From Bispira polyomma (lineage: Eukaryota), in the NCBI GenBank assembly GCA_965649765.1, contig OZ287749.1, positions 10,354,001-10,418,000 on the forward strand: DNA of 64,000 nt. Direction: 5' to 3'. Made by a program: the position numbers and the translations under genes. This document shows positions 47,118 to 62,100 of this stretch, piece by piece (the stretch's first letter is position 1; each line of letters starts with the position of its first letter). The notes under the pieces were generated by a model. The model was not told the DNA's origin and ran no database searches. It saw only the letters and a program-made list of their open reading frames with translations.

Positions 47118-50100
47118 CTGTCAAACACAAAACAGTGCATACAGGTGAGGGCAGTGCAGTCACCGGCTATTCGGCAGAGATTGGAATAGTGACAACTACC
47201 GACCCCAAATTGAAGTAAACTAATAATTGCTCAAAATATTAAAATAGCAAAATGAATCAAACAATCACATTGTTTCTGTCTGATATGACTTTTTTCACTG
47301 ATATAGCATAAACTAAAGAGAAAATAAATGAAGCTTCGGTCATTGTTTGATTTGTTTACATCCTAAGGTGAAACCAAAAATGAAAATTTTAACTAAAATG
47401 GTGGATTCCTGTTTTGTCATGTCTATCAGAAACAGCCCACAAAAAAAGAAAACTTGTAACAACTAAATGACAAAACGTATCTATTTGACCATTATTTTAC
47501 TTATTTCAAGTTATACCAGCTTTCCATTGGGTAATATGTAGGATAAACTATATTTTAAAATATTTGAATCGGCTCCGAATAGTCATTGAATATTTTAAAA
47601 TACAGTAAAAGTTTAAAAATATATAAATAGTTTAAAATATTCAACGACTATTCGGAGCCGATTCAATATTTAATGGGGAGTAATCGCGTCCGTTTTTTGG
47701 CACTTGTGACGTCACTAGGTGAGGGGAAACATTCAACCACACAATTACATCAGACAAATAATATTTCTGTCACTAGAACATATTAATATATTTATGACAA
47801 ATGAACATAAACAGTTTTTTTACAAAATACACGAAATACAGATTAAGCATATAACTTATCATTTCCAGAGATTATAAAGACAAAAGTAACATTGATTCAA
47901 TACTATTTTACTATAATTACAATTTAAGCATAGTAACTAGAAATAGGACGCTCTGTTAAGAGTAGCTGCAACATATGAAACGAAACAGGATAGCATAGAA
48001 GAACACTCATTAGCATGTGTAATGTCCACCCCATGAACCTTTTGGAACAATTGCACAGTAGTCTTACAGGACTGCTTTGTTTGTAAAATATATCAACGAT
48101 GCTCCAAAATTTATTAGTATACATGTAAATTATTTCAACTGCACAGACAAAATGTCGTCAGACAAAATACCGAGGGAACAAAACGGTAGTCAAAATTGCA
48201 AGGGGGACAAAATGCTGTCTAACTAAATGGTACATAACACATTTACACAAGCACTGCCTAGTAGTGTACACCATGTAACAGATTCCTGAAAAAAGCCCAT
48301 CAGGAAAAATGTCCATCAAGTGAATCCCATCAGCAAAAAATCCCATCAGGAAAATTAGCCATCAGCTAAAGTGATGGGTGGGAAAATTGGCCATCAATTT
48401 TGCAAAATTTCTTCACAACAGATAATTTAACTATTATTTATAAAAATCTGATGTAAGGTAATGATAAACTACATTTACAACTGATTAAGGTCCATTTTTT
48501 TTCAGGTTTAAGTACAAGTTTCATAAGTTTATTTATTCCAATCAAAGGAATAGTGCATAAATTTCATGTTATTTTATTTGTATCAAAAGAAGGGTGCACA
48601 AGTTTCCTAATTTTTTATTTACACCAAAGGAAGGGTGTATGTGGTGTGTCTACTCAGGCGAGATCAAGAAAAAGCTATTGTTCGTTGTATAATCTGTGCG
48701 TGAATTCTTTGAAAGCTCAGAAGAAATCAATTGATGGTCAATGTGTAAGAGTAATAACAAATTGCTCTATCTCGCACGGTTCAGGAGATAGAAGAAAATT
48801 TGTGTTTTTCCAGTTTTGGCAAAAATTGGAAAATTCAAAATGGCCGCCATTTTTGGGGAGAGAAAATTTTTTTGAAAATTGCCTGTAGTACAATTTTTAG
48901 ATACACTGTGGCTCGAAAATTTCGACGAAATCGCTCTATCTCGCACGGTTCAGGAGATAGACGAAAATTTGTGTTTTTCCAGTTTTGGCAAAAATTGGAA
49001 AATTCAAAATAGCCGCCATTTTTGGGGAGAGAAATTTTTTTTGAAAATTGCCTATAGTACCTTGTTTAGATACCCTGTGAGTCGAAAATTTCGACAAAAT
49101 CGCTCTATCTCGCACGGTTGAGGAGATAGAAGCAAATTTGTGTTTTTCCAGTTTTGGCAAAAATTCAAAATGGCCGCCATTTTTGGGGAGAGGAAATTTT
49201 TTGAAAATTGCCAATAGTACATTTCTCAGATACCCTGTGGGTTGAAAATTTCGACGAAATCACTCTATCTGGCACGGTTAAGGAGATAGAAGCAAATTTG
49301 TGTGTTTCCATTTTTGGCAAAAATTATGAAAATTTTAAATGGCCGCCATTTTTGGGGAGAGGAAATTTTTTTCAAAATTGCCAGGAGTATATGGATTAGA
49401 TACCCTGTGGGTTAAAAATTTCAACGAAATCACTCTATCTGGCACGGTTAAGGAGATAGAAGCAAATTTGTGTTTTTCCAGTTTTGGCAAAAATTCGAAA
49501 ATTCAAAATGGCCGCTATTTTTGGGGAGAGGAAATTTTTTTTGAAAATTGCCTATTGTACATTTGTTAGATACCCTGTGGATCGAAAATTTGACGAAATC
49601 GCTCTATTTCACACGGTTAAGGAGATAGAAGCAAATTTGTGTTATTCCATTTTTGGCAAAAATTCGAAAATTCAAAATGGCCGCCATTTTTGGGGACAGG
49701 AAATTTTTTGAAAATTGCAAATAGTACATTTCTTAGATACCCTTTGGGTCGAAAATTTCGACGAAATCGCTCTATCTTGCACGGTTAAGGAGATAGAAGC
49801 AAATTTGTGTTTTTCCATTTTTGGCAAAAATTCGAAAATTTAAAATGGCCGCCATTTTTGGGGAGAGGAAAATTTTTTTCAAAATTGCCAAGAGTACATT
49901 GCCTAGATACCCTGAGGGTCGAAAATTTCAACAAAATCGCTCTATCTCGCACGGTTTAGGAGATAGACATATTTATGTTTTTTGCTATGTAGCTATTAGT
50001 ACTAAAAGTAGCTAAGTAGCTATTGCTGAGTCAGTTATATAGCTATTATCACTAAAATCAATCCCAAGCAAGCTATTGGCCTAACTATGGGTCATACCAA

Positions 50101-53100
50101 ATTTGGTAAAGATATGTCAAATATTTTTCCTTAAAATGCCCGGAAACAAAAAAAGTACATAAAAGTAAGTAAGTAGCTATTACTCAGTTAGCTATGGAGC
50201 TATCTTCACCAAAAGCAATCCCATGCAAGCTATTAACCCAATAAACACTCATACCAAATTTGGTAAACATAGGATAAATACTTTTCCTTGAAATGACCGG
50301 AAACCAAACGTGACGGACGCCGGACGCTGGAAAAAGCAAAAATAATATGTCCACCCCCCACTGGGGTGGACATAATTCAATGCGTGTAAAAATACATAAT
50401 TTAGCGCAAAATACAATTTGTAATATTTTTAAATGTATTTTGTCAACAGAAGACTTTTTCTACATTCCCATGCCTTTTAAGTTGGGAAGGTCATGAGAAA
50501 CTACCAATTAAATAATAACCTTAACCAGCTGTACAATATTGTATGATTACAACACATTACCACTAACATACTGTATGATTACACCACATTACCAGTTACA
50601 TGACACAGTATGCAATGTTTACCTACCAGGTGTGCGCTGTAGGAAGACTTCCGTAGTGTTGAGATGGAGATATCTGAATCTGAGGTTGGAGGTCTTTAAA
50701 GCCATCAGGGGGCAATTGTGAGCAGCCAGTGATAAACTGGACAAACCTGTGGTTATATAACAGAGATGGTATATTACTACACAGTGGGGCGAAGTGGCTT
50801 CAAAACTGTAGGCAATCTATTTGTATATTATTTATAGTTTGCAGCACATATTTAGTGCCAAACTGATGCCAAGACATCCTCCAATGCGATCTTCTATCAA
50901 ATCGGATCTAATATAATCAAACTTTTTCACAACTATTTGTGAAACAGAATCGTGATTTAAATTTGTAGCATCCACATACAACCTAACCGGCAAAGAGCAA
51001 CCACCCTTGGGGAAATTCCAAGGCATCTTGCTTTTCACAGGTTCATGAATGAAAAAGTCAACATATCATGAAATGTTGATTCAACTTTATAAAGGCCTTA
51101 TCAGGAGAAATGTTGGTAAATGATGGTAAACATGAAAAGGATTTCTTAGGAGAAAACAAAATCATCATATTAATGAATTGTCTTTATTTATATGTATCGA
51201 ATTTATTAACTTCACATCTTTCACAATTGATCTTTAATTGATTTCCCTATGAGGATCATAAAAAATTGCTTAAAACTAAGAAATGGAATCGGGAGAAGGT
51301 CTCAAAAGTTCACTTGTCAACTAGACGGTCATCATCATTATGTGTGGCTTCCTACCTGGCAAGATCTTGTTGAGTAAATCCAGACAGGATGGTCCAGAGC
51401 CAGTCAATGGCACAGAGGAAGCCACGACTGGTTCCACAAAGACGGTGGTGAGATCTGAGGTCTGTGACACTGTACTCCCCCAGTCCACAAAGTAGTAACT
51501 AGAAAGCATGGACAACAGAAATAGGAGGTAATGCATTGGAGCTAATTGGATTCATTCTTGTCAAAATAGTAGTAACTAGATAACATGGACAACAGAAATA
51601 GGCAGGTAGTGCATTGGGGCTAGGATTCATTCTTGTCAACAGAGTAGTAACTAGATACCATGGAAAACAGAAATAGGAGGTAGCGCATATAGACCATTGG
51701 TATGGTTAAAGGGTCACTTAGTATGTGTGGTGCATTATGGGTAAACCTTGCCCCCGCCTTATTTCAAACATATTGGTCAATTCGTATTTCAATTAATCTG
51801 AATGTGTGTCTTTTCGACGTGTACTACTTACATGTTTAACAGTTAATCATTACAAGATTAACTGATGGGTGAAATTTGATATTTACATGGTACATATACA
51901 AGAATCTTAATAAGTTGACATTCATTTTTTTTAACTGTAGGAAGTGACGGGGGGGTGGGGGGGGGGGGGGGGGAGGGGGGGGAGGGGGGGGGCGACCTTT
52001 TCCTAGAATTCATAGCAGACTTGCGCAGTGCTGTCATAAATTTGCAACCGTAAAAAGATCTATAGAAGCAAATATATTCATTCTTGTTCACTTAAATTGT
52101 GAAACATTGTTGATGCATTCCAACAAAAGCCAAAGCCCAATTTTTTCCTGCTAAATTTATTGTTTTTCACTTTTAAACTAAAAGTCAAGCTGTGAACATC
52201 ACAAACCAAAGTAAAACATTTTATATTTATCAAGAGGTTTTATGTTTTTTTAAATAGAATTTAATGCTTTTATAAAGTGCAGATTTAGTTGATTTTTTTC
52301 ATGGCAATCTGCCCAAAAACACCAACCCCATCCTATATTGTTATGTAAAATGGCAGAAGGTGAACTCGTATGGCAAAATGTAGACAAAATTGCCAATAAA
52401 AGTGTTTACAGAGACGTTTGGTTGAGTGTCAATATAGTGGTTTAGTAGTTTGTAGGTTCTATAAACCTTGGTCAACCTGAGTGCCTGTTGGTGTTTCGAT
52501 GATGTATTTTCACACACAGTCTGACGTCCATGCTTTAATGTTAATTTCTCCAAAACTCCAACAGCATAGAATTCGCTTTACTTATATGCTGTAAAATCCC
52601 CAACAGGATTTCCACCTTATAACCCACCAACAGCAATCTATTATTAGTAAATACACACATACAAAAATTGCTTCAGTGGCTCAGACCATCTGTATTCTGG
52701 TCATAATTTCTACCTTATAACCTAGCAACAACAATCCATTAGTGGTAAATTTACACATTAAAATATCACATCAGGCTTTAGACCTTATATATCCCAAGTT
52801 AAAACTTTAGTATTATAGCACGATCTTGTGACTTCCAGTAATTTAGCATATATTATTATTGCCCAGCTTAGTTGTACAGTAGAATCTGTGTAAGTCGAAT
52901 GTGCAATATCCACCATAATTACTTCAAATTATGGTAAATTCGAATTATAAATTGGGGAGGGGGGGAGGGGGGATCTGTCAGAAGTTATATGGCCATATCA
53001 ACACTCTTGCGGTAAGTATGGGCGATAATAGAATAGGTTGATAAAGTATCCCTAAATGTGATAACAATACAAAAGATTAAATCTAAAACCTGTTATTGCC

Positions 53101-56100
53101 TAAAAATAAGACATTTAACATTGAAATTGTATATTATCTTTGCAAGAGTCCACCGTATTTACACATATATTATGTTTAGTTTGACGACAGATATGCACTC
53201 GTAAAATTAACTATTTTAAAGTACAAACATCTTCCTTAGTTTTAAGGAATCTAGTAAGTACATTCCAATTTCAATTTTAAAAGGCCCCTTTTTCCTTAAA
53301 AATCTTTAAATGTACATCAGTTTCACTCACAAGGTTGTCTCAGTGATTTATACAACCAAATTGCACTTAGTGGACATAAAAATAGTTATAGCTCGAAGGC
53401 GGTAATTTATGCAAATAAGATGAAAGGCGGCCTGTGTCATATAAAATAGGATTAATTTAAATTGTTTTTGGGGTAAGTTAATGGTGTATTTTGATGGATG
53501 TTATGGGTCAGACATTTAAATAACCTTAATTGCAAATAATGACACCTTCACTAAATGCTGTCTTTAACAACAGCCGTATGCAAATATGTGGCCCACGAGG
53601 ACATAAAATAACAATAGATGTAATCCCTTGTCAAACAACACGGTCTTTCCATGGCTGTGATTCGAGTAATCCATTTTTTTCCATGCTAAACTTAACCTTA
53701 AAGTCAGCAATTTGCTTCGAATAATGACTTTAAGGGTAATTTGAATGTTCGAGGATTTCCTAAAGATTAAACTATAAATTGTTGGGGATCTGAAATTCGT
53801 TCGAATTTCGGCTACTTTCGAGTATTGTCGATTCGAGTTTGACCAAATCCACTGTAGTATGTTTCTAGATTCAGGACAAGGTCTAGACGTGGCCCTCTTG
53901 TGAATACTGCCCCAGATCTACCTAACAAAGTGTCAGACAGCTCTTACCTCAAGCTCATACTCGTCAAACATGCTGAGCAGGTTATCGGGGACCATTTCCC
54001 ACAATCCCTTGAGGAAGCTGGCCACTTCCTCCTTGACACTTCCTGCCAGTCGGTAGTTAGCCAGCAGGTCCAGGTACTGTAGTTTGTTCGTGTCTGTGAC
54101 TGCCACCTTCTGTCCCCCAGGAAGTAACTCGGTCACCTAGGTAACATAATGTTAAGATGAGCCTTGTGCAGGGAAATATTCAAATACTCATTAGCATTGA
54201 CGTGGACTGGTATGGGTATATATATATTTATGTCTTATCTTAGTTTATAGAATAGTTTATTGTACTCGATTAGCCTTTACTATCTGATTGTACCCTCTGA
54301 CCTTTACTATAACACTGTACTCAATGATGTTTACTATCTTGTACTTACCGATATTTAATATAATGTACTCACTGACCTTTGGTATCTTGAACTTACTGCC
54401 CTTAGCTATTAAGCACTTTCTGACCTTTACTACGTTGCTGTACTCACTGACCTTTATTATTTCATTGCACTCACTGACCTTTACCACTTTTCCCCCACTA
54501 TACACCTCCTCGGCAAACACCAAGTCCAGTCCCTCAGCACTGTGTTCTAACAGGTAACGCACCTTGGAGTTGTAGAGTTCAGGGTCATCGGTCTCCAGGT
54601 ACTGAAATATACAGGGTCATCAGTCTCTAAGTATTGAAATACACAAGGTCATCACTATCTACTAAAGTGTACAAGGTCACTAGTGTCAAGGTACTGAAAT
54701 AAACTAGGTCATCAGTCCCTTCTGAAATGTACAAGGTCATTAGTGTCAAGGAACTAAAAGATACAAGGTCATCAGTCTTTACTGAAATATACAAGGTAAT
54801 CAGTCACTACTGAAATATACAAAGTCATCAGTCTCTACTGAAATATACAAGGTCATCAGTCTCTACTGACCTATCACCTACACCTATCTCTCCCATGACC
54901 TGACACCTCTTACTACCTACCTTGTAGTGCAGTCTTAATCCAATCATCTGTGCCAGAAATGAGCGAGCAAACCTTGCCTTGACCAGTTGCCTGTAGCCAC
55001 TCCCCAGGGAAGACTCGTACAGACACTTGCCCACTATCTTACCAGCAAACTCATACTGCTTCAGCTTGAGGTGGTTGTCACGGCGACAGTGAGGTAACAC
55101 CTAGGGACAGATGGAACCAATTATAAAACAGTGTATTTCACAGAATACAGTATTTACAGGACAGACAACAATTTTTAGGTCTAGGACAAATTTATGTATA
55201 ACTACAAGGCAAAGGTCACGAGGTCAGACGATCTAAATGTAGGTTTATAGTCTGATATCACCCTAGTGAGGTATACAACAACTATTGGCAGGCCAGGTGC
55301 ACATGTATACAAATGGTTTGGGATGGACAACTTTGTGTGACGTACTTTGCCCAAAGATACAATCTCCAGACCTGTTTAAGAATTGACCCTTGGACCCTCT
55401 AAAACACAGGTCTAACGGTTTAACCACAGAGACCAGATTTCCATTATGAAGACTGTGTACAAAGATATACAGTATTGATAAAATGTGTCACAAATGACTG
55501 GGGATTCCAAAAGATATAAATGGAATGTTTTAAATTTACAAGGTCATTTCTACAAGGACAAAGGGGTAAACTGAGGTGAGACCATGTTAATACAAAATGC
55601 CAGCCCCTACTGAATGGTATAAAAACTCTCTTTTTCTCACCAGCAGTCTATACATCAGGGCCTTATGGACTTACCAACCCCTGGGAATCTTCCTGGAACT
55701 GGGTAAACAGACCCGACCCCTGGGGATTGAAGAGCTCAATGGACAGCACCTCAAACCACTCCCTCCTCACCCCTCCCCAGTCTAGTCCTGTAAACAATGC
55801 AGTCAGTGTGTAAGTATAGACAAGACATGTGTTTTACACCTCACACCCATGTTTTACACCTTACAATCGTGTTTTACACCTTACAACAGTGTTTTACACC
55901 TCACACCCATGTTTTACACCTCATACACATGTCTTACCTTACACCTGTGTTTTACACCTCATACCCGTGTTTTACACCTCACACCAATGTTTTACACCTC
56001 ATACCCATGTTTTACACCTCATACCCATGTTTTATACCTCACAACCAGGTTTACCTCTCACACCCATGTTTTACACCTCATACACCCATGTTTTACACCT

Positions 56101-59100
56101 TACACCCGCGTTATACACCTAACACCCATATTTTACACCTTTCACCAATATTTTACACCTCATACTCATGTTTTACACCTCACACCCATGTTTTACATCT
56201 CACACTTAAGTTTTACACCTTACACCCAAGTTTTACACCTAATACCCATGTTTTACACCTCACAGCCCTGTTTTCATACTAACCTTCTTCTCCTTCGAAT
56301 GTGATCTTAAAGTTACGACACCAGTCACTCACGGAGAAGTCACGAGTAGCTCGGTAAGACTAAAACATAGATTAAACACTAAGGCTTGTGTAAACTAATT
56401 CATACACACATAAAGAAGATTAAGCAGAAGTGAATGTTTGCATGGCTTACCTAAACTACAAAAATGTTTTTGTAAACACTAAGTGGCTTCATATTTTTCT
56501 TTGATCCACATTATTGGGAGTCATGTTACTGATAATTAAAACCCATTTACTAAAGTGATCTGAATGAACAACCTTAAACTATCTTACAGAATAATAGCCT
56601 ATCTGACTATTGACAGTATCACATACATTGTCAGTGAGAGTACAACTGTTGGATCTATTAGGACACACAAACAATACACTCACAATACACTGGGTGAGAA
56701 AGGGTGCCCAATTAGTCCAACAAAACGGGCCCAATTTGTTTGAAAACCAAAACGAACCTACCAATTCAGGTACTAAAATTTGTTTAGCTTTCACATTAAA
56801 ATTTATTACATTAATGCCTATAATCATAAATCACTACGTCAAAACAATAACTTTCCCTAATATTTGCATCTAATATAAATTTTCCTTCAACATCCTTCCT
56901 TACGACTTGGCTATGTCCATGGACTTAATGATTGGATCAATGATTCTGCTGTTGCGTTTTAGAAGATGCCTAGCATCAATAAAGCGCATTAAAAATTCAT
57001 AATCATAATAATAATAATTTTGAATACTCCCCTGGATATTTACCAATTTCGTTCGAAAGACTATGTTTAAATCAGTGGCCAAATTGCTGAGCTGGTTTCT
57101 GAGATTGGTTCACACTAAATGTGCGGGTACCAAAACTCGAGATGGTTAGACGTTTGCGTTTATTTAGACCATAGTTTTTAGACCCATCACACCCATAACT
57201 AAACAACCACTCACCGTTTCCAACAACCGGTCACGTGACACTGTTATAGGGAGGAGAGTGTGTCCCCGCTTTGCGTGAAGTTTACGAAGTTCAAAATAAA
57301 AGAACTTCTGTTTGTCTTGGAATGTTTCTGAACCTCCTGAAAAGCAAGTGAAAGGCCAGAAATTAGTGGTTACAACCCAGGTGTACAAAAAGGTGTACAA
57401 AAAGGTATACAAAAAGTTAGAGGCTACTACAAAACTGTACAAAAACTAACGTATAGTATTATACTATATATTGACCTATATTTAAGACACATATACATCA
57501 AAACTGACCTGTGTTTTTGACACAAACACCTGTACTGATCTACATTTCTGAATAAACACCTGTACTGACATATACACCTGTACTGACCTATATTTTTGTG
57601 ATATACACCTGTACTGACATAAACACCTGAACTGACCTGAACTTCTGCCATATACACCTGTACTGACCTATACTTCTGACACACACAAATGTACTGACCT
57701 ATATTTCTAACATATACACCTGTACTGACCTATATTTTTGATCCACACTCCTGTACTGACCTATATTTCTGACATATACATGTGTACTGACCTATATTTC
57801 TAACATATACACCTGTACTGAACTATATTTTTGACATATACACCTGTACTGACCTATATTTCTGACATATACACCTGTACTGACATATATATCTGACTTA
57901 CACACCTGTACTGATGTATATATCTGACATTACTTCTCTTTTCTTAGGGAATTACATAAAAGATGCTTATAAAATAGTACAAATTTTTTTATTTAACTAA
58001 ATGAAAGGTGACATATGTATACAGATATATTTATGTGTTAGTCATATTTGTTGTTAAAAGTGTAAATTTATTTGTAATTAAGTGAAATACATGTTTGTTG
58101 TCTATTACATGCACCAGTAATGTATAATTCTATTGTAAATGTAAAGTGACTAATAAGCCTTAAAGGCTGGGTGTTATTAACAAACTGCACCTATATATCA
58201 ATGTGAATGTCAACCAAAACACATGTCACTATAATAAATATATATATATACACCTGTACTGACCTATATATGTCTGACCTATACACCTGTACTGACCTAT
58301 ATATGTCTGACATATACACCTGTACTGACCTATATATGTCTGACCTATACACCTGTAGTGACCTATATATGTCTGACCTACACACCTGTACTGACCTATA
58401 TATGTCTGACATATACACCTGTACTGACCTATATATGTCTGACCTTATGTTTGACCTAAACACCTGTACTGACCTATATATGTCTGACATACAAACCTGT
58501 GCTGACCTATATATGTCTGACCTATACACCTGTAGTGACCTATATATGTCTGACCTACACACCTGTACTGACCTATATATGTCTGACACACACACACACC
58601 TGTACTGACCTATATTTCTGACACACACACCTGTACTGACCTATATATATCTGACCTATACACCTGTACTGACCTATATATGTCTGACCTACACACCTGT
58701 ACTGACCTATATATGTCTGACCTACTCATCTGTACTGACCTATATTTCTCATCATCTGACTAGCAAAAATGGCCACCATGAGATTGCGGTCCTTAGAGGT
58801 GAGAGTTACTGCTGATTGACATCCGTCCTCTATAATCAGACACGGAGTAGCATGGCTATCCCCTGGTGGCAGGAAAGTAAACTACAAGTATTCAAGACAC
58901 GCATTCTTTGACACTTACATACACATAGAGTTGTTACCATAAAGAATTAACTTCACATGGTTCATTGTATCACCCGTCCCGTATCAGCCACAAAAAGATC
59001 ATACTGACGTCACAGTGAATAATAAATCCCTATATTTGTAACTCTGCTTGCTGTATTTTTGTACATAGTTCTGAGACACTTGTAAAGAAGGGTTCACATG

Positions 59101-62100
59101 TTCCAACCTGTGTCTCCCCTAAAACAGGTCCACAATAAACTCCCTATATTTACCATATATCACCTCCACTTACAGAGTTTCACTCTACATTTACTCATTG
59201 TATACAGACCTTGATCCCTGAACAAATTCTAAAGGTGTGAAGTCGTCGAGGGAAGATCTTCATGTAGAACTCCTTGATCGTCATTTGCTGAAATAAGTAA
59301 TTAACACACAACTAAGAACGGATATCTAGAATGTGAATATGCACAAGTGGGTAAGCAGTTGCAGACATCGTAGGCCACTATTTCGGGTATTGCTGGAAAC
59401 TTGGACTTTATATTTATAAATATGGAAGTATTTTTTTGACAAAAACTTCAACTTCTGCTATGGTTATGTATCACAACCAATGTAATGTTAATACTTAACA
59501 TTGCCATGACAAACATTACCTACTTTTGTGTGACAATTTACTTAGTGTTACCATGACAAGTTAGCCTTTGTGACAGGTTATCAAGTGTTACCATGACAGG
59601 TTAGCCTTTGTGACAGGTTACTAAGTGTTACTAGGACAACCTGCCCTTGGTGACAGGATACTAAATGTTACTATAACAACCTACCCTTTGACACAGGCTG
59701 CTAAGTGCTACTATGACAACCTACCATTGGTGACAGGTTACTAAGTGTTACTTTGACAACCTACCCTTGGTGACAGGTTACTAAGTGTTACTATGACAAC
59801 CTACCCTTAGTGACAGGTTTTTAAGTGTTACTATGGCAACCTACCCTTTGTGACAGGTACCTAAGTGTTATTATGACAACCTACCATTGACAAGAGGTTA
59901 CTAAGTGTTACTATGAAAACCTATCCTTGGTGACATGTTACTGAATATCCCTATGACAACTTACCCTTGGTGACAGGTTACTAAGTATTACAATGACAAG
60001 CTACAGTTGGTGACAGGTTACTAAGTGTTACTATGAAAACCTATCCTTGGTGACATGTTACTGAATGTCCCTATGACAACCTACCCTTGGTGACAGTTTA
60101 CTAAGTATTACAATGACAACCTACCATTGGTGACAGGTTACTAAGTGTCACTATGACAACCTAACCTTGGTGACAGGTTATTAAGTGCTACTATGACAAC
60201 CTACCATTGGTGACAGGTTACTAAGTGTTACTATGGCAACCTACCCCTGGTGATAGGTTACTGAGTGTTACTGTGTCAGCTTACCCTTGGAGACAGGTTA
60301 CTGAGTGTTACCATGACAACATACCCTTGGTGACAGGTTACTAAGTGTTACCATGCCAACCTACCCTTGGTGACAGGTTACTAAGTGTTACCATGACAAC
60401 ATACCCTTGGTGACAGATTACAAAAATTTTATTGTTGCAACCTACCCTTGGTGACAGGTTATCTAAGTGTTACTATGACACCCTACCATTGATAACAGGT
60501 TACTAAGTGTTACTATGACAACCTACCCTTGGTGACAGGTTATTTTGCATTACTATGACAACCTACCCTTGGTGACAGGTAACAGTAGACTTTCTTTAAT
60601 TTCTCACTCTTTTCCAATTCTTGATTTCCAATAAGACGAGCTTCGAAGTAACAATCTGAGTTCTGCTTGGCGACATGTTTAGTGACGAGAGACATGTCAC
60701 TTTCTGTGTAAAGAGAAAAAGATAAGCATCAAACAACACATAGAAATAAGCAACAATGCAATCAAACTGCAAGTGTTTAAAATATTGTCAAGCTGTAAAG
60801 ATCATTTTTAAATTTTATTATTATGTCACTAATCAGTGAAAATTATTTTACTTTTCTTATAGAGAACGAGTCAATATTATAAGTGATCAGTCAATATAGA
60901 ACTGAATAGTCAAAGACTTGTGTAGAACTAACCAGTGAATTAAATGACATGTAAAGAATTGACCAGTCCATGTCTTACATAGAATTGACCACTCAAATGA
61001 CTTATATAGATCTGACCAGTCAGTCAATGACTTAGAAACTGACCATTTAATGACCTATACAGAACTGACTCTTCTATGACATAGAACTGACCAGTCAATG
61101 ACTTACATAGAACTGACCAGTTAATGACTTGTAAAGAACTGACCAGTTAATGAATTGTATAAACTAACCAGTAAATGACTTGTATCGTAGTGACCAGTTA
61201 ATGACTTGTATAGAACTGACCCGTCAATGACATAAAACTAACCACTTAATAAACTGTAGTGAACTGACCCGGTTAATGACTGATACAGTAATGACCAGTT
61301 AATGAGTGATACAGAACTGACCAGTTAATGACTTACAACTAACCAGTTAATGACTGATATAGAACTGAACAGTTAATGACTTACAACTGACGAGTTAATG
61401 ACCTATACAAAACTGCCCCGCCAATGACATAAAACAAACCAGTTAGTGATCCATACAAAACTGACAAGTTAATGACTTAGAACTGAACAGTCAATGATGT
61501 AGAACTGACCAGTTAATGACAAAACTGACCAGTTAATGAGATGACAGTAAATCCAGACTGCTGCACACTTTGTCCTCTGTAGGTCACACTAGCAGTGTAG
61601 ACTCCTGTATAAGGCAGACTGTACTTTAAACAGACACGCTCAGTCTTCTCCTGCCAGTCACACTGTACTGACGGCACCACTTCATAGCCTGTGTCAGGCT
61701 GAAATATATAAAGAATATACGCATTCATAGCCTGTGTCAGGCTGGAATATAGAGAATATAAGTATTTGTAGCATGTGTCAGGCTGGAATATAGAGAAATT
61801 TATAGCCTTTGTCAGTGTTGGGACGATTCGACTAAAGTCTAAGCAATGGAATAAGAAGCTATAGATGTCTATTCATTAGAAAATTAAAGGAATCAAATAT
61901 TTTTATCTGTTCGCAAAATCCTGTAATATCTGATATTTTAATACAAGTTGTTGCTACCTGCATTGTTTACAATTTACCGCCATATTTGGTTAATATTAAG
62001 AACCGGACCAACCAAATTTTACTGGAATTGCCCGTGAACTACAAAATTGCAGTGTCGTGTTGACAGAATAATTCTAACAGTTTAAAAATCGATTCCAAGT

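Noticed and set aside
51949-51992. Poly-G runs (also ~7609, ~10672, ~28620) as G-quadruplex elements
   Set aside because: Homopolymers of uncertain length, common in such assemblies; no supporting context.
55797-58628. Long repetitive ORFs in the ORF track (also 8619-9304, 11791-12084, 37376-37651, 48553-50015)
   Set aside because: Translations of minisatellites or satellites; no protein homology or splice support.
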